63,944 bases of DNA from Eledone cirrhosa (taxonomy: Eukaryota): positions 194,804,057 through 194,868,000 of the forward strand of contig OZ024741.1 in the NCBI GenBank assembly GCA_964016885.1, read 5' to 3'. Shown one piece after another: positions 50,725 through 63,432 of this stretch (the first letter of the stretch is position 1; each line of letters starts with the position of its first letter). The translations under genes and the position numbers were made by a program. The notes beneath the pieces were generated by a model. The model saw nothing but the letters and a program-made list of their open reading frames with translations. It had not been told where the DNA came from and searched no databases.

Positions 50725-51325
50725 ATGCTTTCTTTATTAACCACAAGGGTTTACATAAAGTAGACATTAAGGACAGTAGAGGACAATAAAGGGCGGTACA
50801 AATGGGCATTTCTGCGTGTAAAAAACAAAAACAGAGGATGTAACAAAAATAACAATGAAAAATTCCCCAATACGGGGGAGACTTCCGAGGGACATTCGTG
50901 GAGAAAGCCCATTAAAATTCCACAGTGACCCTGACCGCCAGGGCAAGTGCCCTCTCCCAGTTTTCCACCTTTAATTTACAAACACATACTCAGACTAGGC
51001 CCATTCACTCGGGCAATTCTTGCCTCTCTCACCCATCTTTCAACAAAATGGTGGGAAGAGAGCACTTCCCTCTCTACGCTGATTTTCCTTTTCAAATGAA
51101 ATTTGAAAAAGTTAATAAGGGCATCACCGAAGAGGTAAGTGTTCGTCTTCAGCCCTTTCAAACGTGTCCACCATACTATCTCTTTCACCATGGCCACCAG
51201 ACAGATAAAAACTGCCTGCCCATCCCGGCTAAAGGAAGGGGGCGGGGCAATCCTCACGATGGACTCAGTTGATAGCTGGATCCGTCCTACACGCGACAGC
51301 AGGTGTTCGACATGAACCCACAAGT
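50725..51325 (-). mobile_element. L1/Tx1-like 3' fragment
   Basis: ORF 50976-51323 is highly similar to 51640-51945 (GRIQLSTESIV..AVFICLVAM.KEIVWWTRLK). Confidence 0.88.
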
Positions 51326-51334
51326 CAGCAATTG

Positions 51335-54300
51335 GTCACAAGGGCTGACACCAAGAAAAACATTAGAGACGGCACAGAACAGTACAGGACGATACAAAGT
51401 GGGTTTTGGTCGTGTAAACAGGTTATAACAAAATCGGGCTAAAAATCCAAAAAAAATTCAAACAACAAAAATTCCTCAAGAAGGGGGAAACCTCCGAGGG
51501 TCACTCGTGGTGAAAACTACACAAAAGACCACGGCCACCCTGACCACCAGGGCAAGCGCCCTCTCTCACTTTTCCCACTCCTCAGTCTACAGGCGTATAC
51601 TCAGAGCGGGCTCGTTCAGTCGGACCAAACTCGCCACTTTCACCCACCTTTCAACAAACTTACTAGAAACAGCACTTGCCTCTCCACCCTGATTTTCCTC
51701 TTCAAGTGAAACTTGAAAAAGTTAATCAGGGATTGGCTGGAGAGGAAAGTGTCCGTCTTCAGCACTTTCAACCTTGTCCACCACACAATCTCTTTCGCCA
51801 TAGCCACCAGGCAGATGAAAACTGCCTGCCCTGCCTCCTCTTTAAAGGAGGATGGCGGGGCTATCTGCACAATGGACTCAGTCGATAACTGGATCCGTCC
51901 TACACGCCACAGCAGCTGTTCGACATAGCTCAACACGTCAGCCATCCTCGGGCACTGAACGAGTGCATGCAGGACGGTTTCGTCGCCCTGCGCGAATCTC
52001 GGACAGGCTCAGCTGATAGCATCTCCGTGCCTGTAGAGCTTATCCCGAGCCGGCAACGCTCCACAGTAGCACTGCCAGGCCAGGGATTTCTGGAAGTTGT
52101 CTATAGGCCCCGGTCTGAAAGTTCTCTTGAAGAGAGCGAATAGCTGATCGTCTTTGACGCCCAGGGTCTCCCCGAGAACGTCGTCGCTCTTACCCTCCAC
52201 TAGCCCTCTATAGAACGCCAAGGTGGATGTTCCACCGATACTAGTGCCCAGCTGGTAGAGAGTGGTGAGCACTTGGAGACATTCCACCTTCCAAGCGCTA
52301 TCCCTCGGTCTTTTCCTGATCCAGGACTGCAGCTCCGTCAAGGAGACGAGCTGTGGGAAAACGTGCCTGGCAAACGGTGACCACACCTGTTCACCGTCAA
52401 GGAAGCACCAGAGATGTCACAGCCTCAGCGCATGTTTGCGCATCATCAGCCACGGCATGCTTAGTCCTCCACGCAACGGGTGTCGACAGCAAATGGATCG
52501 TCTGACCGTGGGAGCACGTCCCTTCCACAAAAAGCGGTAGAGAAGGCACTTAATTTTTATCAGAGTTGGGCGGGGGCGAGGTACGACGGACGCTATGTAC
52601 GCATTCGCCACCTCCACTGGACCTTTCAGTAGCCGTGCCCTTGCCTATGGAGTCTATCTAGGTCAACTTCACAGATCACAAATTTGTGGTCCGTGTAGTC
52701 GACTACTTTAAATTGTGGACAACCTACACCAGCCTTATCTGTTCCCCTACAGAATACCCTATCTAAATACGATCTGGATGACCCGATGCGGTTTGCCCAT
52801 GTCCACATTGGCACATTCGGATAATCCAGTCTATACCTGTCAGACAGTACAAAACGTCTGAGCAGGTTGTTGAGGCTTTTACACCCTCCTCCCCTGTCTA
52901 CTAGCCCCACATAATCCCAGCGTGCATCTAAGATACCGTTGCAGTCGCCCACTAACACCAAAGAGCGGGACGTTCCAAGAAAGGTCTCTAGACGACTAGG
53001 AGATCTGGCCGTCTTGCCCCTGTTGGGGCGTAGACGGCTACTAGTCTGAAAGCATTGCCTTCGCTGCCGGTCACTTCCAGCACCACCGACTTACCTTCTG
53101 GGTCCAGGAGGATGGCCCGTATGGCGAGATCCAAGCCTCTCCGAAAAAGCACAGCAAGTCCTCCCCTCGATCCTGGACGGCTGGGGGATGCGTATACATC
53201 GTAGCCGCCGAAGATCGGTGTGAAGGCTCGTGCTTCGGAGATTCTGGTCTTGCTGATGGCCACCGCATCTATGTTTAGTGACCCGAGATATTTGAGCAGG
53301 TGACCCTGCTTCCAAGATGACCCCAGGCCACGTACATTTATACTGCCTATTCTAAGTACGGCCATGTTGGATGAGGAACGGGGTAAGTGAGAAAGGATCA
53401 CTTACCTTGATCGTGTGGAGAAGGGACAGTAGAACCGTCCCTTCGGCTGGTCATGGGTGTCTCCAAGATGATAACTGTATAGATTCTCTTGGAGTGTGAC
53501 CCCCTGAAATACCCAACTGCGTTGGGGAACTTTTGTTTTAATTGTTTCTAATCTTCGAGTTCAATTTCCACAATGTTAATATTTTTTGGTAATGTTCTTG
53601 GTGTTGGTGGGGTGTTGTAATTTACGTCTGAAATATCGGTGTGCTGTTTTATATGTTCCATTAATCCTTGGTGTGCAATGTTTATGGCTGTGTACTTTTT
53701 GGGGAGAGAGGTGGTTTTGTTGCTGTTGGGTGTGTGTGTACTGTGTTGTGTTTGCGATGTTGGTGTTTTTGGTGATGCTGGTGGTGGTGTGGTTGTTGTT
53801 GGTGGTGATGCTTGTGGTGGTGATGGTAATGGTGGTGGTGTTGCTGCAAGTCTCCTCGCAGCCTTTACCCTTCTTTGCTTGTCCTCGGTTTTGGAGGGGG
53901 AAGCTAAGTGGTTCTTTCGTTTTTGTTTTTTGTGGCAGACCCTTTATCACTTCACTCCCGTCTAATACTCCGTGTCGGATTCCGTGGCGTCTGGGAGGGG
54001 TATGAGCTCCACGGCTGTTGGTGGTGGTAATGGAGCCCGCTCCGGCGATTTTGCTGCCGGTCTAGGTACTGCGACTGTTGGTGTTGCCGCCACTGCTGCC
54101 GCTGTTTTAGTTGTCCGTGGCCTTGGTATGGGTGCCTCGGACGTTGCCCTCCTACTCACCACGGAAGGGTCTTCTGCCTTTGTTTCCTGCGCCCTGCTCT
54201 TGGTAGCAGTGGGTCAGGCGTCGGAAGGAGGGGGGGGGGGGGGCTCTTTTTGGATGTCTTCTGCGGGCAGAAGGCATTGAGGTGAACTTTTTGCCCACAG

Positions 54301-55430
54301 AGATAGCACTTTGGGCGCCTTCCTTCCACGCTTATAGGGAGTTGGAGTCCTTCCTCGAGGTCTATATCTGGGATGGCCTCGATACACTCCTGGTCAGTTT
54401 GTATTAGCATTTGCATGCCTATACCTGACCAGTTCTCTCTTCCCATTCTCTGTATTTGCAGTATGATGGTCCTGTCCTCGATTCCAGCAAGGACAGACGC
54501 GGCCAGCCAAGGTATGGGCACGTCGGGCGGTACCCCTGGGTCACTTTGACCCTCACAATTTTCTGCCCGCAGTAGGGCACCAAGACTATCTCATCACTCT
54601 TTAGGGTTTCCAAAGAGTGAGACTTCGCCTCTTGGGGGGTGGAGAAAAGTACGTCTACTGTGGCATACTTTTTGCCTCGGGTGATGTCGGTTTTGCGAAC
54701 CCAGACGCACCCCAAGGCCTTTTGGATTTGAGCCACCGTGGCTCTCTACACCCGATGTGACATTTTGCTTACGGTGCGGTAAGTCACCGTGCATAGCTGC
54801 TGGTCCTTGAAAAAATCGGGTGGAGGTTTCAGGGAAACTCTATTGTCAGTTCTTGTCACCATGGCTCTTGCGACTGTCATCTCCTCCTCTGTGACTAGCA
54901 CTGTGTCTATATTTCGGGCCACACCTGCGAAAGAAGTGGCCTCATTTTCAGCGGCACCATTATTGTTGCCGCTACTGCTGCTACTGGTCTTGTTGTTGGT
55001 GCTGTTGCTGTTGCTACTGCTACAAACGGTGTTGTTGGTGTTGTTGCTGTTATCACTGTTGTAGTTGGTTGCGTTATTGGTGCCACGGTTGTTGTTGTTT
55101 TCGGTGAAATTTGTATTGTTGCTGTTGGTGTTGTCGTTGTTTAATTTCCTGTTAGTGGTGTTAATATCGTTGTTGGATTTGTTGTCATTTTTTTCTGTTG
55201 TCTGTATTTTGGTTGACGCTGTTACTGTTGTAGTTGGTGTGGTATTTTTTTCAAAATTAGTGTTTTCAGTGTTGTTGTCTTTGTTCACATTGTTTGTGGT
55301 TGTGTCTGTTGTATGAATTTCACTAACCCTCCTCTCAACTTTTACGCCGTTGTCACACGACAGTAGACATATTGCTGTGGGGCGTGGTTCAGCCATGTTA
55401 ATTTTTAAATAATTTTTTTTTTTAAGTAAA
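51335..55430 (-). mobile_element. L1/Tx1-like retrotransposon with ORF1, APE endonuclease and C-terminus but no RT domain
   Basis: ORF1 from ATG 55396 has an Asn/Thr-rich N-terminus and a CCHC knuckle (CYLCGQKVHLNAFC). ORF2 from ATG 53365 has SINVRGL, VAVYAP, LVGDCNG, SYLDRVF and TDHKFV, then jumps at ~52620 to post-RT VEVANAYIAS, GGLSMP and AWQCY..ETVLHALVQC. Confidence 0.9.
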
Positions 55431-55974
55431 ATGTTCAAACATCAAGAAATATTTAACAACATAATTTTAACAGGCAAATAAAGCGACTTACTGGGAGCGA
55501 GCAAAAATACGTCTGAACAGACCAATAATAATAATAATAATGATAATAGTAATAATGTTTTACAGGGAATCTTAACAATAGGTGAAACATTTCAAATAGA
55601 AATGGAAAAAATATGCTTCCAAATAATAAAAAAATGAATGAGATAAAGAAGAAATCTGATAAGAGACACGAATTCCCGCAGGGTGTGGTTTTGTAATGGT
55701 AAGAATATGAAGAATTGAATTGGTAAACTGACATTAACTGAAGATGAAAAAGAGGTAGAATAATGGGAATTGAAGAAGGTGATATGACCTTTGAACCAGA
55801 GTACATGTTAAAACAGTCTGATTTGGAGCTATGTACCATGATTTTGCTAAAGGTTTTAAGTGTCCATGCACTCACAAACAGACTAATATACTCCCTTGAC
55901 CCCCACTTCCTTCATCCAGTGGAACCGGAGCATTCAGGATGTGACAACTGAATGAGAGGGCTGCATCAGCATTA

Positions 55975-56610
55975 GGGTGGTACCTTTTTTTATTGACCCT
56001 GAAAGAATGAAAGGCGGCGTGGAGCTGGGCGGGATTTGAATTCAGAGACAACGAACAATTATCCAACACCCTAACGTCTCCCCCAAACCGACTGCCTTAG
56101 AACAAATGGGAAGCAGTAATATATACATGTGTGTGTGTGCATATATATATATATATATACACACACATACACAGATAAACATATACACACACACACACAC
56201 ACATAAACGCAGTACAGGTTCACAGCTCATAAAATCAAGATGGTGTAAAACAGAACAAAAATGAGGTCACAGAAAGTGTGACGAAAGAACTTTAACGATT
56301 AACAACTAAACAATCATCCGGTTATTAAATTAACCAATGGAAAGATTAGTTACTAAACCAATAATAATAAATTAAAGTGAAAATCAGCTGGTGTGCATGT
56401 TTTATTAGCAGCACGACCCTACCAAATTATAATTGTTTCTACTTCAGGCACAAGGCCAGCAAATAACCCAGTGCATTACTGGTACTTTATTTTATCGACC
56501 CCGTAAGGATGAAAGGCAAAGTCAACCTCGGCGGGATTTGAACTCAGATCGTAAAAGGACGTAACTATGCTGGAAAGCATGGCGTCCGACCCTCTACCGA
56601 TACTGCCAAA
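55975..56610 (-). mobile_element. Family-A SINE copies (55975-56100 degenerate, 56430-56610)
   Basis: Matches to 9628-9816. Confidence 0.85.
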
Positions 56611-56676
56611 TTATAATGGTAACTATTTCAACACATGTTTTCACAAAAAAATTGCAAAACAAATAAAAAAACGAAG

Positions 56677-56710
<34 letters not shown>

Positions 56711-57722
56711 GTTCAAGAGTAACCAATCTTAAAGAGAGAGATGGAGATAGGAGAGGAGATAGGAGAGGAGGGATTGGTGAATTAATTAGAAGCCAAAGCG
56801 TAAAGGCATGTGCTCAATGTGCAATATGCAGTGGAAAGCAGCTAGGTGGCTGGGTTCATGGATAAGTTAAGCGTACAGAGCTGGAAATATTCATTAGTTA
56901 AGCAAAACAAGACCACAGATTTCACAAGGAAGACATTATTAAAAGATTGTCAACATATTTTAGTTTGATGTAAGGAATGTAGAGAATAATAATAATAATA
57001 TTAATAATAATAATGTCCGTTTACAATTGTTTCGCTACTCCATATAATATTTCTGGATCAAATGACTATATATCATTATTGATCTGGTTCAGTTGAAAAT
57101 AATTAACATAGGTAAATATAGAGCGGCTCATCGGAACTTCAAAGGAATATAAATTAAAATAAGGAAAGAATGTTACATAAATGTAATGTTCCATATATTG
57201 GTATTTCACTATGGTGTCCTGGGTGTATCAATTGTCTGCCATAATCGAGCAGTAATCTTCTGTCGAGGCTGCATTGTGTGAGATCTGCAACCCTAACCCA
57301 GGACACCGCTATTCCACATGGTGAAGTTGATTGTTTAGACTAAAGGTTCTCAACGGAAGGCATATGCCCCGTGGGGGGCGTTTCGTAGCTCCAGGGGGCA
57401 TATGCAATAAGGGAGCGTTAGGGGGGCGTTATGCAGTAAGGGGGCGTTAGGGGGGCGTTATGCAGTAAGGGGGGTGGGTGGGTGAAACTTTGCGGGCGCT
57501 AGAAGCCCCTTTAGTTTGGTAAGTTTTATAAGTCATATTTGTACGTCTCTTAGACAGTCAGTGATTTGAATGAAGAAAACAAAGAAAATAAATTAAAGAA
57601 GCTTGTCAACGAATTCCCTAGGGAGATAAAAGAAAATCAAAAGAAATCAGAGAGAATGAAAGTAAGGACTACTTCAACAGAAATGACAAGAAGAAGCAAT
57701 GGTGGTGAACACACACACACAC

Positions 57723-57765
<43 letters not shown>

Positions 57766-58064
57766 CACACACAGGCCGGCGTTAGTGTTTGATGAAGTTG
57801 AGAACCTGGTCAACTTTCAGCCAGAAGTGTGGTATTTATCTCCCTAGGTAATAAAATCTGGCGACAAAAATTTTCTCCTTACCAAAAAAAGAAGACATAG
57901 ATCATATCAACATCATTACACACTTAAATATAAATGCATGTATATATACAAATGTATAAATGCATAGCTATATACATACGCAAATGGATGTATATATGTA
58001 TGTATGTAAATTTATATATATATATATATAAATATACATACATATATATATATATATATAAATA

Positions 58065-58106
<42 letters not shown>

Positions 58107-58121
58107 GTTTTAATATAGATG

Positions 58122-58172
58122 AGATTCTACAGGACTAGAACTGTTTCATTCTTTAGAAATCATCAGGAATCT
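58122..58172 (-). ncRNA. Hammerhead ribozyme (inverted copy of 59722-59772)
   Basis: Exact reverse complement of the + strand motif. Confidence 0.8.
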
Positions 58173-58734
58173 GGCTTTCCAAAAATAAATGTAGTGGTAT
58201 TTATATCTTTTCAGGTGGTAGGAGAGGGTGGGGAGTGGGATGGGTAGAGGTCATTGGTTGAAAGAAAAGGGAATTCATTAAAAGCCAATTCTTTAAGTCT
58301 ATAATTTATATTTAGAGTGACAAAGGCAGAAAGGATTCTATAAACAGGTTCAGAATGGGTGCCACTCCTTATTTTTAAGTTTCTCTTAAGCTAACAATGC
58401 CTATATTTCAGGTGACTATAAGTTGGTTGGGGTCGGTCATGGTTGATGGATTTAAAGAAAAGAAAAATTCTTTAAAAGCTAATTCTTTAAAGCTCTACTT
58501 AGAGTGACAAACGCCAAGAGAATTCTCCCTAGTATACTTGCTTGACCTCCTGCCCTGCTGTAGTTGGTACTATCAACGCACGACTGGGTTTCCTTCACTC
58601 CCTCTCCCTCTTTCTTCTACTTGGCAGGTTGAGCTACCCCTTCCTTCCACAAAATGCCATGATAGAATTATGTGTCTCAACAACAAACTTTTGACCAATC
58701 CTTGTGACAATCACTTTTACCATATATGGAATTT

Positions 58735-58828
58735 CCCCCTGAGAAGCTCGGCTATTCATATACCAGGATAAAAATTTTCATTTAGTCCAGGATTAGCCGT
58801 CGAAACGGCTTGAGCTCAGCCGTCGGGG
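58735..58828 (+). ncRNA. Hammerhead-like motif with long stems II and III and an altered core (CTGAGAA)
   Basis: CCCC-CTGAGAA-gctCGGCTA..TAGCCGtc-GAA-ACGGCT-tgagctc-AGCCGT-C-GGGG. Confidence 0.65.
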
Positions 58829-59053
58829 CCCTACTCGTTCCTAAATATATATATATATATTATTTTATTTTATATATATATATATATATTTTATATATAT
58901 ATATATATGTATATGTGTATGTATATATGTGTGTATGTGCTTGTATGTGTATGTATGTGTATGTATGTGTATATATGTATGTATATGTATATATATATAT
59001 ATATATATGTATGTATATATATATATTTCTATATATATGTATATATATATAGA

Positions 59054-59084
<31 letters not shown>

Positions 59085-59119
59085 GTATATATATATGTAT
59101 ATATATATATATATGTATG

Positions 59120-59174
<55 letters not shown>

Positions 59175-59176
59175 AT

Positions 59177-59250
<74 letters not shown>

Positions 59251-59287
59251 GGATATATGTGTGTATATATGTGCATATGTATGTGTG

Positions 59288-59340
<53 letters not shown>

Positions 59341-59721
59341 AACTGGTTTATAGAATTCTCTTGGCATTTGTCACTCAAAGTAGAGCTTTAAAGAATTAGC
59401 TTTTAAAGAATTAGCTTTTAAAGAATTTCCCTTTTCTTTAAATCCATCAACCATGACCGACCCCAACCAACTTATAGTCACCTGAAATATAGGCATTGTT
59501 AGCTTAAGAGAAACTTAAAAATAAGGAGTGGCACCCCATTCTGAACCTGTTTATAGAATCCTTTCTGCCTTTGTCACTCTAAATATAAATTATAGACTTA
59601 AAGAATTGGCTTTTAATGAATTCCCTTTTCTTTCAACCAATGACCTCTACCCATCCCACTCCCCACCCTCTCCTACCACCTGAAAAGATATAAATACCAC
59701 TACATTTATTTTTGGAAAGCC

Positions 59722-59772
59722 AGATTCCTGATGATTTCTAAAGAATGAAACAGTTCTAGTCCTGTAGAATCT
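59722..59772 (+). ncRNA. Hammerhead ribozyme, canonical and intact
   Basis: AGATTC-CTGATGA-tTTCtaaaGAAt-GAA-ACAG-ttctagtc-CTGT-A-GAATCT. Stem I is 6 bp, stem III is 4 bp, with a GUA triplet. Confidence 0.85.
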
Positions 59773-59883
59773 CATCTATATTAAAACTTTTATACTCTGC
59801 CATGTATTGAGTACCTTACTTACTGTGGTTACCTCTGATTCAACCCGCAATAACTTACCTATATATATATATATATATAAATC

Positions 59884-59946
<63 letters not shown>

Positions 59947-60128
59947 CTACATACATACATACATACACATATATATCTACATACATACATATATACATAC
60001 ATTTACGTATGTATATAGCTATGCATTTATACATTTGTATATATATAAATGCATTTATATTTAAGTGTGTAACGTTATATATATATATATATGTGTGTGT
60101 ATAATATATATATTATATACACACACAC

Positions 60129-60210
<82 letters not shown>

Positions 60211-60224
60211 ATATATATACATAT

Positions 60225-60478
60225 GCAATGTGACAAGAAGCTTGTTTCCCAGCCACATATATATCCGGGTTCAGTCCCACTGCCCGAGCCGACCAAAGCC
60301 CTGTGAGTGGATTTGATAGATCGAAACTAAAAGAAGCACGTCGTATATATGTATATATATGTCTGTGTGTGTCTTTGTGTTTGTGTTTGCCCTCCCACCA
60401 ATGCTTGTTGGTTTGTTGACGTCCCCATAACCTACCAAGGTGATGCTCCAGCATGGGCGTAGTCCAGAGACAGAAAAA
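60225..60478 (+). mobile_element. tRNA-derived SINE, family C (octopus-type), internally deleted
   Basis: AAGAAGCTTGTTTCCCAGCCAC..CCGGGTTCAGTCCCACTG..GCCGACCAAAGCC.TGTGAGTGGATTTG..GAAACT.AAAGAAGC.CGTCGTATAT. Confidence 0.7.
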
Positions 60479-60481
60479 AAG

Positions 60482-60557
<76 letters not shown>

Positions 60558-60565
60558 ATGTAGAA

Positions 60566-60970
60566 GAGGGGTCTCAAACTCAAGGATACAAAAGGGTTAT
60601 TACGTCCTGAAGGAGAGGCACAGTGGGCGCAACGTGGTGGTGGGTGAACATTTTCACCAGTTATAATCATTTTTACTATAGGAACAAGGCATGAAATTTG
60701 GGGTTTAGGGTTCAGTCGATTGCATCGATCCTAGTACACAACTGGTACTTAATTCATCGACCCCAAAAGGATGTAAGGCAAAGTTGAGATCGGTGGAATT
60801 TGAACTCAGAACGTAAAAACGGAAGAAGTACCGTTAAGCATTTCGCCAGTCGTGCTAACGATTCCACCAGCTCGCCGCCTTATTTTTACCAGTTATAATG
60901 CGATATGAAATATTGGTTCTACCACGGGCCACAGATAAGTAGTTCGCGGGCCGCATGTGTGAGCCCCCTG
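60566..60970. mobile_element. Possible hAT-type MITE interrupted by a family-A SINE (60668-60880 -)
   Basis: Ends are AGGGGTCTCAAAC and GCGGGCCGCATGTGTGAGCCCCCTG; no clear TSD. The SINE is flanked by a duplicated ACCAGTTATAAT. Confidence 0.5.
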
Positions 60971-61052
60971 TTGGAGATAAATAGATAGATAGATAGACGT
61001 GTACCAAAAACACACACACTTCTTATTCTCTCTGTTCCTCCCTCTTTCTCTC

Positions 61053-61096
<44 letters not shown>

Positions 61097-61238
61097 TATG
61101 TGTGTGTGTGTGTGTGGAGCGTTGTTATTTGGTGTTGTTGAAAAGAGCTGTGGCCTTTGACATGGCAATAAAAAACTGTACACAAAATTCTTTCTGTACC
61201 CAAACCAAAGCACACACACACACAAGTTTGTGTGTGTG

Positions 61239-61317
<79 letters not shown>

Positions 61318-62469
61318 CTATCTATGTTTATATATAAGGGATAACAATATTACTTTCTCAGTCACCAAGCTTCTCAATTCATTCCTTATTACTTATTTTG
61401 CTATGAGGTATATTTTTTGCAAGGTACTATTTTTCCCCCTGAGTTTGTGATTTATGAGAAAGGTAAGAAATTCTTCATATTTTGCATCTTTTGTATTTTG
61501 ACTTTGCAGTTTCAATTGTCTATACACTCAAAATATTACAACAGCTAACAGTGAAATATAGAATTTAAAAAAAATAAAGCTTTTTCGACTGAGATCAAAT
61601 GTTTGTTTTTATTTCAAAAATATATAATTTGAAATAGCTTGCTTTTGTTTTGGACTGAAACTTTTTTGTATTTAATTCGTACGAGTATTTTTTAAAGAAT
61701 CTAAGATAACTTGATTTGGCCCAGTAATCTACTGATATCAAAATCAGTAGTATATTGAAAAATGGAAAATAGGTTAGGGGGCGTTTCGTGATTTCGAGGG
61801 GCAAAAGGGTGCGTTTGGCCGAAATGGGTTGAGAACCTTTGGTTTAGACGTGACAGGCTGCTTGCTGGTGTGTTGTATTGAAGTTGACATTGGCAGGCGA
61901 TTGTGCTCAGCATAGTAAGCAAGCAAGGGCTGTCTTTACTGCATTTGAATAGGGAGATAGATAGAGCCGAGGTGATATTTCGAGTTTAGCAGCGGCTAAT
62001 GGTTTGTAGTTACTTCGATGGTAACACAACGCTAGATTTGTTTCCCTGTTAATAGACACTAAAGTCTGCTGCAATATATTTAGAGTTGGCAGTTATGAAC
62101 TCTACATGAACATGAGGGGTCTCTGTCAATGATGCCCCATGTGATGTTGTGAAGGTCATTTCCTTGGTCCCGGGACACGAGGCTGAGTTTTCCATGCCGT
62201 GGTTGAACTGTTGGTGTGTGTGCGTTTCATTAGGATACCCAAGATAAATAATCGATGAGGTGAGCAACTCCAGCGACGCCATGCCCCCCCCCCTAATACC
62301 TTAAACAGTAGGTTCCCTTTTTTTGTTTCAAGAGAAGTCACCATGGAACAGAAATGACTTCTCCGGAAATTAACGTAATTGATTTAAATGAATATAAAAT
62401 AGAAATACAGTGATGGCCGGATTGAGAAAGTCAAGCAAAACTCAAGCATCTCTACATAGTGTAGTGTCA

Positions 62470-62800
62470 AGGCGTGTGGCCTCGTGGTTAGGGTGTTGGA
62501 CTTATAGTCATAATATCGAAGGTTCAATTCCTGGACCATGTAGTGTAGTGCGTTGTGTCTTTGAGCAAGACACTTTATTTAACGTTGCTCCAGTCCACTC
62601 AGTTGACAAAAATGAGTTGTACCTGTAATTCGAAGGGCCAGCCTTGTCACATACTGTGTCACGCTCAATCTCCTTGAGAACTACGTTAAGGGTACATATG
62701 TCTGTGGAATGCTCAGCCACTTGCATGTTAATTTCACGAGCAGGTTGTTCCGTTGATCGTATCAACTGGAACATTCGTCGTCATAACTGACGGAGTACCA
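62470..62800 (+). mobile_element. Family-B SINE, full length
   Basis: GGCGTGTGGCCTCGTGGTTAGG (A box), GGTTCAATTCC (B box), GTCTTTGAGCAAGACACTTTATT; flanked by a repeated TACATAGTGTAGT (TSD-like). Confidence 0.88.
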
Positions 62801-63219
62801 GTTAGTTACATAGTGTAGTAATCAAGGACGTATGAAATGTTTGACGAGTACTTTGCTAGTATTCACACGCACACACACAGACGTATACACACGCACGCAG
62901 ACATATATACACTCTCACACATAAAGACATTAAATACACATAAAACAATTTTACTGTTCTACTGACATTTCATCAACCAATCAGATTTTTGGGGAGCGCA
63001 TATCCGTGTATTGTTATCACGTTACCCTCCCCCCCTCAAGCACACATTACTGAAGGGTTTTCCCTTTCTTCACGGATATCATTCTTTAAAGGAACAATAT
63101 CATATTCTCTTCCAATATAGTTATTGTGTCATATGATTCTGATGTTTGCTATCAAATATCGTGACCACCATAGCTGATTACCTTCTGCTATCATTGGTAT
63201 ACCAGTAAATTGAAGAAGC

Positions 63220-63432
63220 GTGTGAAAGACAGAATTGGTGGAGTGTCGGATAAAATGCCATTGCGGTATTAGTTTCGGCTCTTTACAGCCTCAATTCGAA
63301 TCTCGTGAAGGGCAACTTTGCTTTTAATCCTTCCGAGGTCAATATGATAAAATACCTTTCAAGTATTCTGGTTGATACAATAAATGTTGCCCTTCCCCCA
63401 AACTTGCTGGTCTTGTGTTTAAATTAGAAATC
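63220..63432 (+). mobile_element. Degenerate family-A SINE
   Basis: CAACTTTGCTTTTAATCCTTCCGAGGTC..TTGCTGGTCTTGTGTTTAAATTAGAAA. Confidence 0.7.

Larger units (their letters stand above)
57918..60070. repeat. ~2.1-kb interrupted inverted repeat of PLE pLTR origin
   Basis: 58107-58530 is a near-identical reverse complement of 59345-59787, and 57918-57985 pairs with 60000-60070. The centre holds another pLTR and ~500 bp of (TA)-rich repeat. Confidence 0.88.
57341..61841. mobile_element. hAT (Charlie-like) DNA transposon, 4.5 kb, non-autonomous, with nested insertions
   Basis: TIRs TAAAGGTTCTCAAC (57341) and GTTGAGAACCTTTG (to 61841); identical 8-bp TSD GTTTAGAC at 57333-57340 and 61842-61849; GGGGGCGTT subterminal repeats at both ends. 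Confidence 0.85.

Noticed and set aside
55660-55900. Possible LINE endonuclease trace (GCGFV.., LKVLSVHALT)
   Set aside because: Only two short degenerate motifs; insufficient.
61850-62350. Unique-looking sequence with short ORFs (62049-62282)
   Set aside because: No recognisable domain or convincing splice structure.
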